From Anaerolineae bacterium (GTDB lineage: Bacteria; Chloroflexota; Anaerolineae; B4-G1; DUEL01): a stretch of DNA of 58,773 bases. The DNA is taken from assembly GCA_036172315.1 (NCBI GenBank), contig JASFBC010000278.1, forward strand, positions 1-58,773. Direction: 5' to 3'. Position 1 is the stretch's first letter; each line of letters starts with the position of its first letter. The position numbers were made by a program, and so were the translations under genes. The notes beneath the pieces were generated by a model. That model ran no database searches, was not told where the DNA came from, and worked only from the letters and a program-made list of their open reading frames with translations. Below are positions 38,722-46,729 of this stretch, piece after piece.

Positions 38722-38819
38722 ACTGCCTCCTGGAATTGATGAGATGGAGCGAAAAAATAGGGTTTGCGGCAGCCCCTGGCCACCGCAAACCCATTCTCTA
38801 CAGATTTGCCCGGCCGCAA

Positions 38820-39233
38820 TCAGCGGGCCATCAGCGGGCCGGCCACCTGGAGGATGTTGCTTGTCAGGAGACTGCGTCGGCAGGCGGGGCAGAGGTCCCA
38901 CCAGGGAGTTTCACCGCCCCCCAGCGTCTCCTGAACCCGGGGGTGCAGGGCCGCTAGGGCCTTTTCCGGCGCGAAGGGTTGCCCGCAGACCGCGCAGCGC
39001 CGGAGGGAGAATTCCAGTTCCACTGCCCCCGGCATCCCGGCGACTTCCCGAAGCGTGATGGCACCGGGCGGGCAGACTTCCTGGCAGCGGGAGCAGTCCT
39101 CCCCGCAGGTGCCGGAGAAGCGCAGGACACGGCGGCCGTCCTGGTCCCGCAGAGTGATCAGCCCCGCCGGGCAGACTGAGGAGCAGGCCCGGCATCCGAA
39201 GCAGAGGTCCGGATTGACCAGCAACTCTCTCAT
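38820..39233 (-). CDS. 4Fe-4S ferredoxin-like protein with an extra C-terminal Cys motif
   Basis: CFGCRACSSVCP, CGEDCSRCQEVCP and CAVC...CPAC; start MRELLVN overlaps the upstream stop. Confidence 0.8.
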   Translation of the reverse strand: MRELLVNPDLCFGCRACSSVCPAGLITLRDQDGRRVLRFSGTCGEDCSRCQEVCPPGAITLREVAGMPGAVELEFSLRRCAVCGQPFAPEKALAALHPRVQETLGGGETPWWDLCPACRRSLLTSNILQVAGPLMAR

Positions 39234-39691
39234 AGCCCTCTCCTCTCCAGACTGGCGGCCCACTCCCGTCCTGCCACTGCCCGTCGCCAGGCGGCGAAGT
39301 CGGCCACACAGCGATAGGTCAGCGCGCCGCTGGGGCAGGTCAGTGTGCAGGCCGGCCCTTCCCGATGCGCGCAGTGGTCGCACTTGTAGGCCCGTTTCCT
39401 CTCCAGGCTCAGCCCCATCGCCCCGAAAGGACAGGCCCATAGGCAGAGTTCGCAGCCGGTACACCGCTCCGGTAGCAGCCGGACCTCGTTTCCTTCCCGC
39501 ACCAATGCCCCGGTATGACAGACCGCGATGCAGGAGGCATTCTCGCAGTGGCGGCAGAGGACAGGGACCCCACCCCCATCTACCGGGATTACCCAGATGT
39601 TCCCCTGGCCGTTGTGCTCCCGGGCGCAGGCCACCTCACAGGCGTGGCAGAGAATGCACCGTTCCGGACGGAGCAGGATTTCCCTGGCCAT
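39230..39691 (-). CDS. 4x[4Fe-4S] electron-transfer subunit (HydN/CooF/HycB-like)
   Basis: CILCHACEVAC, CRHCENASCIAVC, CTGCELCLWACP and KCDHC...CTLTCP. Confidence 0.88.
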   Translation of the reverse strand: MAREILLRPERCILCHACEVACAREHNGQGNIWVIPVDGGGVPVLCRHCENASCIAVCHTGALVREGNEVRLLPERCTGCELCLWACPFGAMGLSLERKRAYKCDHCAHREGPACTLTCPSGALTYRCVADFAAWRRAVAGREWAASLERRGL

Positions 39692-39694
39692 GGC

Positions 39695-41791
39695 TTATTC
39701 CTCCTCCTCACCCTTCCCCTCTTCTGAACGAAGTTCGGGAGAGGGGAGGGGGTCAGGGGGTAGGGTGAGGATCGCACAGGCGGCCACTTTGTAGGACGGA
39801 ATGCGGGCTTCCCGGTCCAGTTCCTTCAGGGTAAGAGCATTCACCCCCGGGAAATGGAAGGGCAGGAAGACCAGACCGGGCTGCACGTGGTCGCTGACCT
39901 GGACCCGGGCCTGGATGTCGCCCCGGGGGGAGCGCATGCGCACTGTTTCCCCGTCCTCCACCTCCAGCCGCCGGGCATCCTGCGGATGGACGGCCACCCA
40001 GACTTCGGGGGCGTAGGCGGCCAGTTCCGGCACCCGACGGCTCAGGGAGCCGGAGTTGTAGTGGACGACGACCCGCCCCGTCGTCATCCAGAGGGGGAAG
40101 CGGGCATCTGGCACCTCCGGCGGAGGCCGGTAGGCGACCGGGTAGAACCGTCCCCGGCCAGTGGGGGTGGCGAACCGCTCCCGGTGGAGAATCGGCGTCC
40201 CCGGATGGGCGGGATCGGGGCAGGGCCAGAAAACCCCCTCCGGTGCGGCCTGGAGGCGCTCCGGTGTGATACCCCTGTAGGCGGGGAGGGCACGGTTGAT
40301 TTCTGCCAGCACCTCCTCCGGACCGGGCACGCGGTCCCAAAGTCCCAGCCGTCTTCCTAACTCCCCGATGATCTCTAGATCGGGACGGGCCTGGCCGGGT
40401 GGCTCCACCCCCTTCGGTGACCACTGGACGCGGCGCTCGGTGTCGGTGTAACTGCCCGATTTCTCGGCCCAGCAGGCCACCGGGAGGACGACGTGGGCCA
40501 GGCGGGCTGTCTCGGTCAGGAAAAGGTCCTGGACGACCAGGAACTCCAGCCCTTCCAGCGCCCGCGTCGTCTCCCCCGCCGCCGGGTCGGAGACGACGGG
40601 GTTCTCCCCCATCACCAGCATCCCCCGCACGCGGCCCTCCAATGCGGCTTCCATCAGTTCCACGACGCTCAGGCCAGGGGAGGCCGGCAGGTCCTCCCGT
40701 CCCCAGAGCCGGGCCAGACGACGGCGCCCTTCCTCGTCGGCCACGGGGATGTAGCCGGGGAGAAGGTCCGCCAGCGCGCCCATGTCGGAGGCGCCCTGGA
40801 CGTTGTTCTGGCCCCGCAGGGGGAAGAGGCCGGCCCCGGACCGCCCAACCTGTCCGCAGAGGAGGGCCAGGTTGGCACAGGCCAGGACGTTATCCGTCCC
40901 CACCGTATGCTGGGTGACGCCCATGCAGTAGACGATGGCGGAGGCGGGGGAGCGGGCGTAGGCCCGGGCCGCGCGGAGGATGTCGCCGGAGGCCAATCCG
41001 GTGACCGCCGCTGCCTGCCTCAGGGAGAAATCTGCCAGGGCGGCCCGCAGTTCCCCAAAGCCCTCCGTCCGGGCGGCGATGAAGTCGTAATCGGCCAGTC
41101 CTTCCCGGAGGATGACGGCGGCCATACCGTTGAGAAGCGCTATGTCCGTCCCCGGGCGCAGGGGGAGGTACAGGTCGGCCATGCGGGCAGTGGGGGTGTA
41201 GCGGGGGTCGGCGACGATGACGGTGGCCCCCCGATCTTTCGCCTCCCAGACCCAGCGGGCGACGATGGGGTGGTTCTCGGCGAAGTTGGAGCCGATGACC
41301 AGGATGCAGCGGGAGTTGGCCAGGTCGGGGATGGGGTTGGTCATCGCGCCGGAGCCCAGGGCGCGCCGAAGCCCCACCACCGAAGGGGCATGGCAGAGAC
41401 GGGCGCAGTGGTCCACGTTGTTCGTCCCCAACAGGCGGGCCAGTTTCTGGAAGAGGTAGTTCTCCTCGTTGGTGGCTTTAGCGGAGGCCAGGAAGCCCAG
41501 CGCGTCGGGCCCGTGCTCCTGGCGGATGCGGGAGAGATTCCGGGCTATCAGGCCCAGCGCCTCGTCCCAATCCGCCTCCCGGAACTGTCCATTCTCCCGG
41601 ACCAGCGGGCGCTGCAGCCGGTCGGGGTGGTGGATAATCTCATGGGCGACGTTACCCTTAGGGCAGAGGGCGCCCAGGGCGACCGGATGGTCGGTCAGAT
41701 ACTCCACGCCGACGGCCCGGTCGCCCTCCACCCGCAGCCCCAGGCGGCATCCGGCACCGCAGTAGGGACAGAGAACGGAGAGAAGGGTCAT
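39695..41791 (-). CDS. fdhF: Cytoplasmic Mo/W formate dehydrogenase alpha subunit (Cys form)
   Basis: CPYCGAGC...LCPKG, TNEENY, VDHCARLCHAPS, LRGQNNVQG and TDTERRVQ; no Tat leader. Confidence 0.9.
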   Translation of the reverse strand: MTLLSVLCPYCGAGCRLGLRVEGDRAVGVEYLTDHPVALGALCPKGNVAHEIIHHPDRLQRPLVRENGQFREADWDEALGLIARNLSRIRQEHGPDALGFLASAKATNEENYLFQKLARLLGTNNVDHCARLCHAPSVVGLRRALGSGAMTNPIPDLANSRCILVIGSNFAENHPIVARWVWEAKDRGATVIVADPRYTPTARMADLYLPLRPGTDIALLNGMAAVILREGLADYDFIAARTEGFGELRAALADFSLRQAAAVTGLASGDILRAARAYARSPASAIVYCMGVTQHTVGTDNVLACANLALLCGQVGRSGAGLFPLRGQNNVQGASDMGALADLLPGYIPVADEEGRRRLARLWGREDLPASPGLSVVELMEAALEGRVRGMLVMGENPVVSDPAAGETTRALEGLEFLVVQDLFLTETARLAHVVLPVACWAEKSGSYTDTERRVQWSPKGVEPPGQARPDLEIIGELGRRLGLWDRVPGPEEVLAEINRALPAYRGITPERLQAAPEGVFWPCPDPAHPGTPILHRERFATPTGRGRFYPVAYRPPPEVPDARFPLWMTTGRVVVHYNSGSLSRRVPELAAYAPEVWVAVHPQDARRLEVEDGETVRMRSPRGDIQARVQVSDHVQPGLVFLPFHFPGVNALTLKELDREARIPSYKVAACAILTLPPDPLPSPELRSEEGKGEEEE

Positions 41792-41997
41792 AGGGACCTC
41801 CGTGAGGTATGAAGCGTAAAATCAGGCATCCCGCTCCTCCCGCATCCGGCGATTTCCTCGGACGAATTGGGAAGTTGGCCATATTTGGCCCGCAACTCCT
41901 GCTGGGGAGACCGGAGTTGCTTCACAAGAGATGACGCGGGACCGTTCCTCAGGAGGAATAAGCCGCTTGACCTCTTCCCACGCGTCCGGTTCAACCC

Positions 41998-42831
41998 TCA
42001 CGGGAGGATGGCGAAGACCCGCGCCGGGAAACCGGAGCCGTCCTTCGGCTTGGGGAAGGCCACCACGACCAGGGCCCCGTACTCCGGGACCTTATCCAGA
42101 TTGGTCAGGAGTTCAATCTGGAAATGGTTGGTCTTCAGGATGTACGCCTCCAGCGAGTAGTCTCCTTTGCTGGTGGCGATGCCCGGATCGGTGTCCGTTG
42201 GCTCGTGGCCCGAGGCGGTAATCTTGCGCTCCTCGTAGAGGTACTTCAGCACCTCCATGCTCCAGCCGGGATAGTGGGCGATCCCCTGAGCATCCTCGTT
42301 CCGCATCGCGGCCATATCGGGCCAGCGTTTAGACCAGTCGGTGCGCAGGGCGACAAACGCGCCTTCGGGGATAGGCCCGTACTTCGCCTCCCAGGCCTTC
42401 ACGTCGTCCATAGTGACAGTGTAATCCGGGTTCTGCGCCACCTTCTCGTGGATGTCTATGACGACCAGGGGAAGAATCATCTCCTTGACGTCAATCTGGT
42501 CTATAGTGCGCAGTCCCTTGATGAAGTGGGCTGGCGGGTCCACATGGGTGCCCCACTGCCCCACGTGGCAGAACTCCTCGGCGAAGAAGCCGGAGCCCAA
42601 GGTGCCCTTCCCCTCTTCGTACCAGTAGAGGGTGGTCAGTTTCTCATCCGGGAAGCCGGGCCAATGGGGGATACCGGGATGGAAGGCGTGGGTGAGGTCC
42701 ACGAACTGCTTGTTCTTCAGGATGGCGTAAATTTCCATCAGCGAGGGCTCTTTGGGCTTGGGCGCACATCCAGGGAGAAAGACGAGAAGGAGCAAGGCGA
42801 TCAGGGATAGGGAGACAACTTTTCTGAGTAT
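41998..42831 (-). CDS. Cyclase/kynurenine-formamidase family metallohydrolase lipoprotein, apparent ATA start
   Basis: VDLTH, GTHVDPPAHF, LRTDWS and GFPARVFAI. AGGAGG-TCAACC-ATA gives a complete lipoprotein leader (M)LRKVVSLSLIALLLLVFLPGC. Confidence 0.85.
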   Translation of the reverse strand: MLRKVVSLSLIALLLLVFLPGCAPKPKEPSLMEIYAILKNKQFVDLTHAFHPGIPHWPGFPDEKLTTLYWYEEGKGTLGSGFFAEEFCHVGQWGTHVDPPAHFIKGLRTIDQIDVKEMILPLVVIDIHEKVAQNPDYTVTMDDVKAWEAKYGPIPEGAFVALRTDWSKRWPDMAAMRNEDAQGIAHYPGWSMEVLKYLYEERKITASGHEPTDTDPGIATSKGDYSLEAYILKTNHFQIELLTNLDKVPEYGALVVVAFPKPKDGSGFPARVFAILP

Positions 42832-42917
42832 GGTTGACCTCCTGCTGGGAGTTTAACAGATAGTGAGGGCGCGGATGAACGCGAAGGAAAATCTGCGTTC
42901 ATTCGCGTCCGACTCTA

Positions 42918-43418
42918 TCAGACGACCCGATAACTGCGGGCCACCTCCTCCGCCGCCTCCCGACGGGAAAGGCGTGCGAAGTCCTCTTCTTCCATAAAGA
43001 CCAGCGCGCGGGTGGGGCAGGCCTCCACGCAGGCCGGCACCTCCCGGTCGGGACAGCGGTCGCATTTCAGCGCGATGCGCCGCTCCCACTCCCGCCCGAT
43101 GACCCCGTAGGGGCAGACCATGGTGCACATCCAGCAGCCGATACAGCGGTCGGGGTTATGAGTCACGATGCGGGTGAGGGGGTCCTGGGTCATCGCGCCG
43201 GTGCGGCAAGCGGCCGTGCAGGGGGCGTCCTCACAATGGCGGCAGAGGAAGGGCATCTTCCGCTCTAAGACGTACTCCACGTAGAGGCGACGGCGCGGGC
43301 GCGGGGTCTCGGCGATTGCTCCGAAGAGGGTCCGGGAGCGGGAGTGCTCCACCGCGCAGGCCAGTTCGCAGGAGTGACAGCCCACACAGCGGTCCAGACG
43401 GACGAAGATTTCTTTCAT
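42918..43418 (-). CDS. cooF: CO dehydrogenase-associated Fe-S protein
   Basis: Four Cys clusters (CVGCHSCELAC, CRHCEDAPCTAAC, CIGCWMCTMVCP, KCDRC...CVEACP), directly after cooS. Confidence 0.85.
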   Translation of the reverse strand: MKEIFVRLDRCVGCHSCELACAVEHSRSRTLFGAIAETPRPRRRLYVEYVLERKMPFLCRHCEDAPCTAACRTGAMTQDPLTRIVTHNPDRCIGCWMCTMVCPYGVIGREWERRIALKCDRCPDREVPACVEACPTRALVFMEEEDFARLSRREAAEEVARSYRVV

Positions 43419-43429
43419 GGCTCACCCCC

Positions 43430-45337
43430 TCAGATGCCCAATCCCTGACGGCGCTGGCGAATGGCGTCCAGTAACTTCCCGGCCGCCGCCTGGGGGTCGG
43501 TCTCCACGATGAAGTAACCGCCGAAGAGGTTGCGGATGTCCTGAGTGAGGATGCGAGCCACCAACGGGCTGCCCAGTACCGGGGGAACTACTCCCACATG
43601 GGTGGGGAGGCCCGCCGTCACTGCCCAGGTGCCGATAGCGATGGCTTTCTCCGAGGTCGCTTCTGGGGCGCTGGCGACAACGGGCAACCGGTCCACATCC
43701 ACCCCCAGCCGGTTCGCCACCGCCACCGCGATGTCGGCCGCGCGGGAGTTATCCACGCAGGAGCCCATATGCAGGATGAGCGGGAGGGGCCCATCCAGCC
43801 CCGCTGCCTGCCCGACCGCTCTCAGCACCGCTTTCAGGCCTGCTCCGGCATACTCCTCCGTCGCCTCCGGGGTCAGGAGCCCATGGCGGGCGAAGGCGCC
43901 GGCGCCGCAACCCGTCGCCAGAAGGAGCACATTATTGCGGGCCAGTTCCTTCGCAATGGTCAGAAAGCCGGAATCCTGGGGGACTTTCACATTGTTACAT
44001 CCGGCAAAGAGGCAGACCCCCAGAATGTTCCCTGCCGCGATGTGGTCTATTAACGGCTTCAGCGGGTCCTCCGGGTTCACCTTTGCCAGTGCGCCGACGA
44101 TGGCCTCGGTGGAGAAACCGGCGAACGCTTTATGGCTGAATTCGGGAATGCGAGCCCGGGCGGGGTCTCGCCTCTTGAAGGCATCAATGGCGAGCCGGAG
44201 GATTTGGCGGGCCGCCTCCCGGGCCGTCCCCTCCCGGAACTCTACATGGACGGCGCCGGGAATTTTGGTGATGGACATAGTGGTGATGAGCGGGGTGTGG
44301 TAGCATTCCGCCACGGTTGCCAGGGCAGGCATAATGCACTGGTAATCTACCACCACCGCGTCCAAAACCCCCGTCATAATGACCAACTCCTGGCTCACCG
44401 AGTGAGTGACCGGGGGGATGCCGTGGCGCATCATCACCTCGTTGCCGGTGCAGCAGATGCCCACCAGGTTGATGCCGCTGGCTCCGGCGGCTTTTGCCTC
44501 CGCTTCCATCTCGGGGGCTACCTGGACGATCACATCAGAGAGGACAGGGTTGTGACCATGAAGGGCGATGTTCACAGCGTCTGGCTTCAACACGCCCATG
44601 TTGGCCGTCGTGATGACCGGTTGGGGGGTGCCAAAGAGGATGTCGGCCAGGTCGGTGGCCATGTGGCAACCGGCGAAATCGGCCAGCGCGCACTTCACCC
44701 CGCCCAGCAAGATGTTCACCGGGTCGGCATCCGTACCGTAGTGGGTCCGGTGCATAATTTCGGAGATGGCGCTATCTATGCCGGTAGGGACGACACCGTG
44801 GCGGACTGCTTGCTCCACTCGCCCCCTGGTCACAGTGGTGGCGACCCATGCCAGGGGTGTCTCCTTTTCGGAGAACTCGGCCAGGGCTTTCTCCGCCACC
44901 TCCCGGGCCAGTTCAGGGACCTCCTTGCTGTCGGCGGGGATACCCAGGCGGGCAGCCAGGGCGCGCAGTTTCGCCTCATCTTTGACCGGGTAGTCGGGAG
45001 CCTTCCCTTCGACCCAGGCCAGAAGGGTATGGGCCAGATGTTTGGCGTGGCCAGAATGGGCGGCGGTCCCGGCGGCGATGGCGCGGGCCAGGTTACGGGC
45101 GACGATGGTATCAGCAGTGGCTCCGCAGATCCCCAGTTGGGGGCCCTCGCCAAAGGGGTCCACCCGGCAGGGGCCCTGCAGGCAGTTGCGGCAGCAGGTG
45201 CCCAGTTCCCCAAACCCACACTGCGGCTGTTGCTTCTCCAGCCGGTCCCACGCCGTCTCCAGGCCCTGCCGCGCGGCCAGCGAGAGCATTGCCTGAGACG
45301 CGGGGTCTATGCTTCTCTGCGGGATTCTCTCTTCCAT
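43430..45337 (-). CDS. cooS: Anaerobic Ni,Fe-carbon monoxide dehydrogenase catalytic subunit
   Basis: D/B-cluster QCGFGELGTCCRNCLQGPC; C-cluster ligands HGH, GICCTGNE, DYQC, AGCNN, TGCG and GSCVD; catalytic HSGH and SEKA; RBS AAGGAGGG. Confidence 0.95.
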   Translation of the reverse strand: MEERIPQRSIDPASQAMLSLAARQGLETAWDRLEKQQPQCGFGELGTCCRNCLQGPCRVDPFGEGPQLGICGATADTIVARNLARAIAAGTAAHSGHAKHLAHTLLAWVEGKAPDYPVKDEAKLRALAARLGIPADSKEVPELAREVAEKALAEFSEKETPLAWVATTVTRGRVEQAVRHGVVPTGIDSAISEIMHRTHYGTDADPVNILLGGVKCALADFAGCHMATDLADILFGTPQPVITTANMGVLKPDAVNIALHGHNPVLSDVIVQVAPEMEAEAKAAGASGINLVGICCTGNEVMMRHGIPPVTHSVSQELVIMTGVLDAVVVDYQCIMPALATVAECYHTPLITTMSITKIPGAVHVEFREGTAREAARQILRLAIDAFKRRDPARARIPEFSHKAFAGFSTEAIVGALAKVNPEDPLKPLIDHIAAGNILGVCLFAGCNNVKVPQDSGFLTIAKELARNNVLLLATGCGAGAFARHGLLTPEATEEYAGAGLKAVLRAVGQAAGLDGPLPLILHMGSCVDNSRAADIAVAVANRLGVDVDRLPVVASAPEATSEKAIAIGTWAVTAGLPTHVGVVPPVLGSPLVARILTQDIRNLFGGYFIVETDPQAAAGKLLDAIRQRRQGLGI

Positions 45338-45506
45338 GGGACATCCCTCCTTCTGCTGGCTCTTGGTCACAAGGGGACGATAGACGCAACGCGGATGCCC
45401 GGCTTTGGAGACAGGGTTCTTCTCTTGAAGCATCACCTCCTGTGGAAACACAAGATAACGGAATAAACGTGTGGAGGAAGAGATAAAAGGGGAAAACCCT
45501 ATTCCT

Positions 45507-45535
45507 ATTATACACCCCAAAAGGGGTTTTGTCAA
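45507..45535 (-). promoter_or_regulatory. Perfect-consensus sigma70 promoter of the cooS operon
   Basis: TTGACA (45535..45530)-N17-TATAAT (45512..45507). Confidence 0.75.
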
Positions 45536-45668
45536 ACCCGAAGAGGCCAGGGGTTTGGGCGAACGTGTCAGGCGCTTGGAAGGGAGACATCAGCCCAGAG
45601 GCGCATTTCACTTTCTGGCAAGTTGTGAGATAATAAAAGGGCATTATCTCCTTCTGCGGCAGGTGAAG

Positions 45669-46184
45669 ATGACCGATACCGATGAACCTCTCCGCCTTCT
45701 GGCCGACGGGATGCTGGGGCGGCTGGCGCGCTGGCTGCGGCTCCTGGGGTACGACACGGCTTACGAGAACGACGCCGATGACCTGGAACTGGCCCGCCGC
45801 GCCCGTGCGGAAGGCCGGATTCTCCTGACCCGCGACCGCGCGCTGGCGGCCCGACGGGGCCTGCGAACCCTGCTGATAGAATCGGAGCAGATACAGGCGC
45901 AGGTCCGACAGGTGGTGGAGACCCTGGGGCCGCCCCCCGGTCCCGCCCTCTCCCGCTGCAGCCTCTGCAACGTGCCGCTGGAGCCCGCTACACCCCAGCA
46001 GGTCGCCGATCGGGTGCCCCCCTACGTCCTCCAGACGCAGAGACGGTTCGGCATCTGCCCGACCTGCGGACGGATCTACTGGGCCGGCACTCACCTGCGG
46101 CATATGGAACGATACCTGGGGGAATCCTTCGGGCTTCGGCTATCGGAAATGGCTGAAAACGATGGGCGGGGAAACACCGGGTGA
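45669..46184 (+). CDS. Mut7-C RNase domain protein (PIN fold with Zn ribbon)
   Basis: LADGMLGRLARWLRLLGYDT, ILLTRD, SRCSLCN and CPTCGRIYWAGTH. Confidence 0.88.
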   Translation: MTDTDEPLRLLADGMLGRLARWLRLLGYDTAYENDADDLELARRARAEGRILLTRDRALAARRGLRTLLIESEQIQAQVRQVVETLGPPPGPALSRCSLCNVPLEPATPQQVADRVPPYVLQTQRRFGICPTCGRIYWAGTHLRHMERYLGESFGLRLSEMAENDGRGNTG

Positions 46185-46269
46185 CACGACCCCACGGGCA
46201 AAACCGGGGCTCCTTGAGAGGTCACAGCGTTTCTTAAAGCGCCTGGCGCGTTCCCGCTTCGGATACCAG

Positions 46270-46298
46270 TTGACATCTCCTGTTTCCCGTGATATAGT
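46270..46298 (+). promoter_or_regulatory. sigma70 promoter for roadblock-pyrG
   Basis: TTGACA-N17-TATAGT with an extended -10 TG. Confidence 0.7.
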
Positions 46299-46344
46299 CT
46301 GGCTGTGATACTGGACCAGACTCCATTCAAGGGGGTGGGGGGCG

Positions 46345-46716
46345 ATGCAGAGAGCACGGTCGGAAAGATTGGTGGAGCGGCTGCAAGAGTTGCAGCGGAG
46401 CACGCCGGATGTGGAGGCATCGGCGCTGGTCAGTGTGGATGGTCTGACCATCGCCTCAGCCCTCCCCTCCGGCGTGGAGGAAGACCGGGTGTCGGCGATG
46501 TCCGCCGCGATGCTCTCCCTGGGCGAGCGCATCGCCGGAGAACTGGGACGAGGCGGGTTGGACCAGGTCTACGTTAAAGGTGCCGGCGGGTATGTTCTCC
46601 TGGCCGCCGTCGGCACCGAGGCTGTGCTGACCGTCCTGGCCCGCTCTACTGCCAAACTGGGCCTGGTCTTCCTGGAAATGCGCCGCGCCGCCGAGGACCT
46701 GGAGCGGATGCTGTAA
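46345..46716 (+). CDS. Roadblock/LC7 (MglB-like) protein
   Basis: SALVSVDGLTIAS, EDRVSAMSAAMLSLGERI and AKLGLVFLEM. Confidence 0.88.
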   Translation: MQRARSERLVERLQELQRSTPDVEASALVSVDGLTIASALPSGVEEDRVSAMSAAMLSLGERIAGELGRGGLDQVYVKGAGGYVLLAAVGTEAVLTVLARSTAKLGLVFLEMRRAAEDLERML

Positions 46717-46729
46717 TAGACCATAGACG

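Noticed and set aside
39695-41791. Selenocysteine in FdhF
   Set aside because: The active-site position is Cys (ARLCH) and the ORF has no internal TGA.
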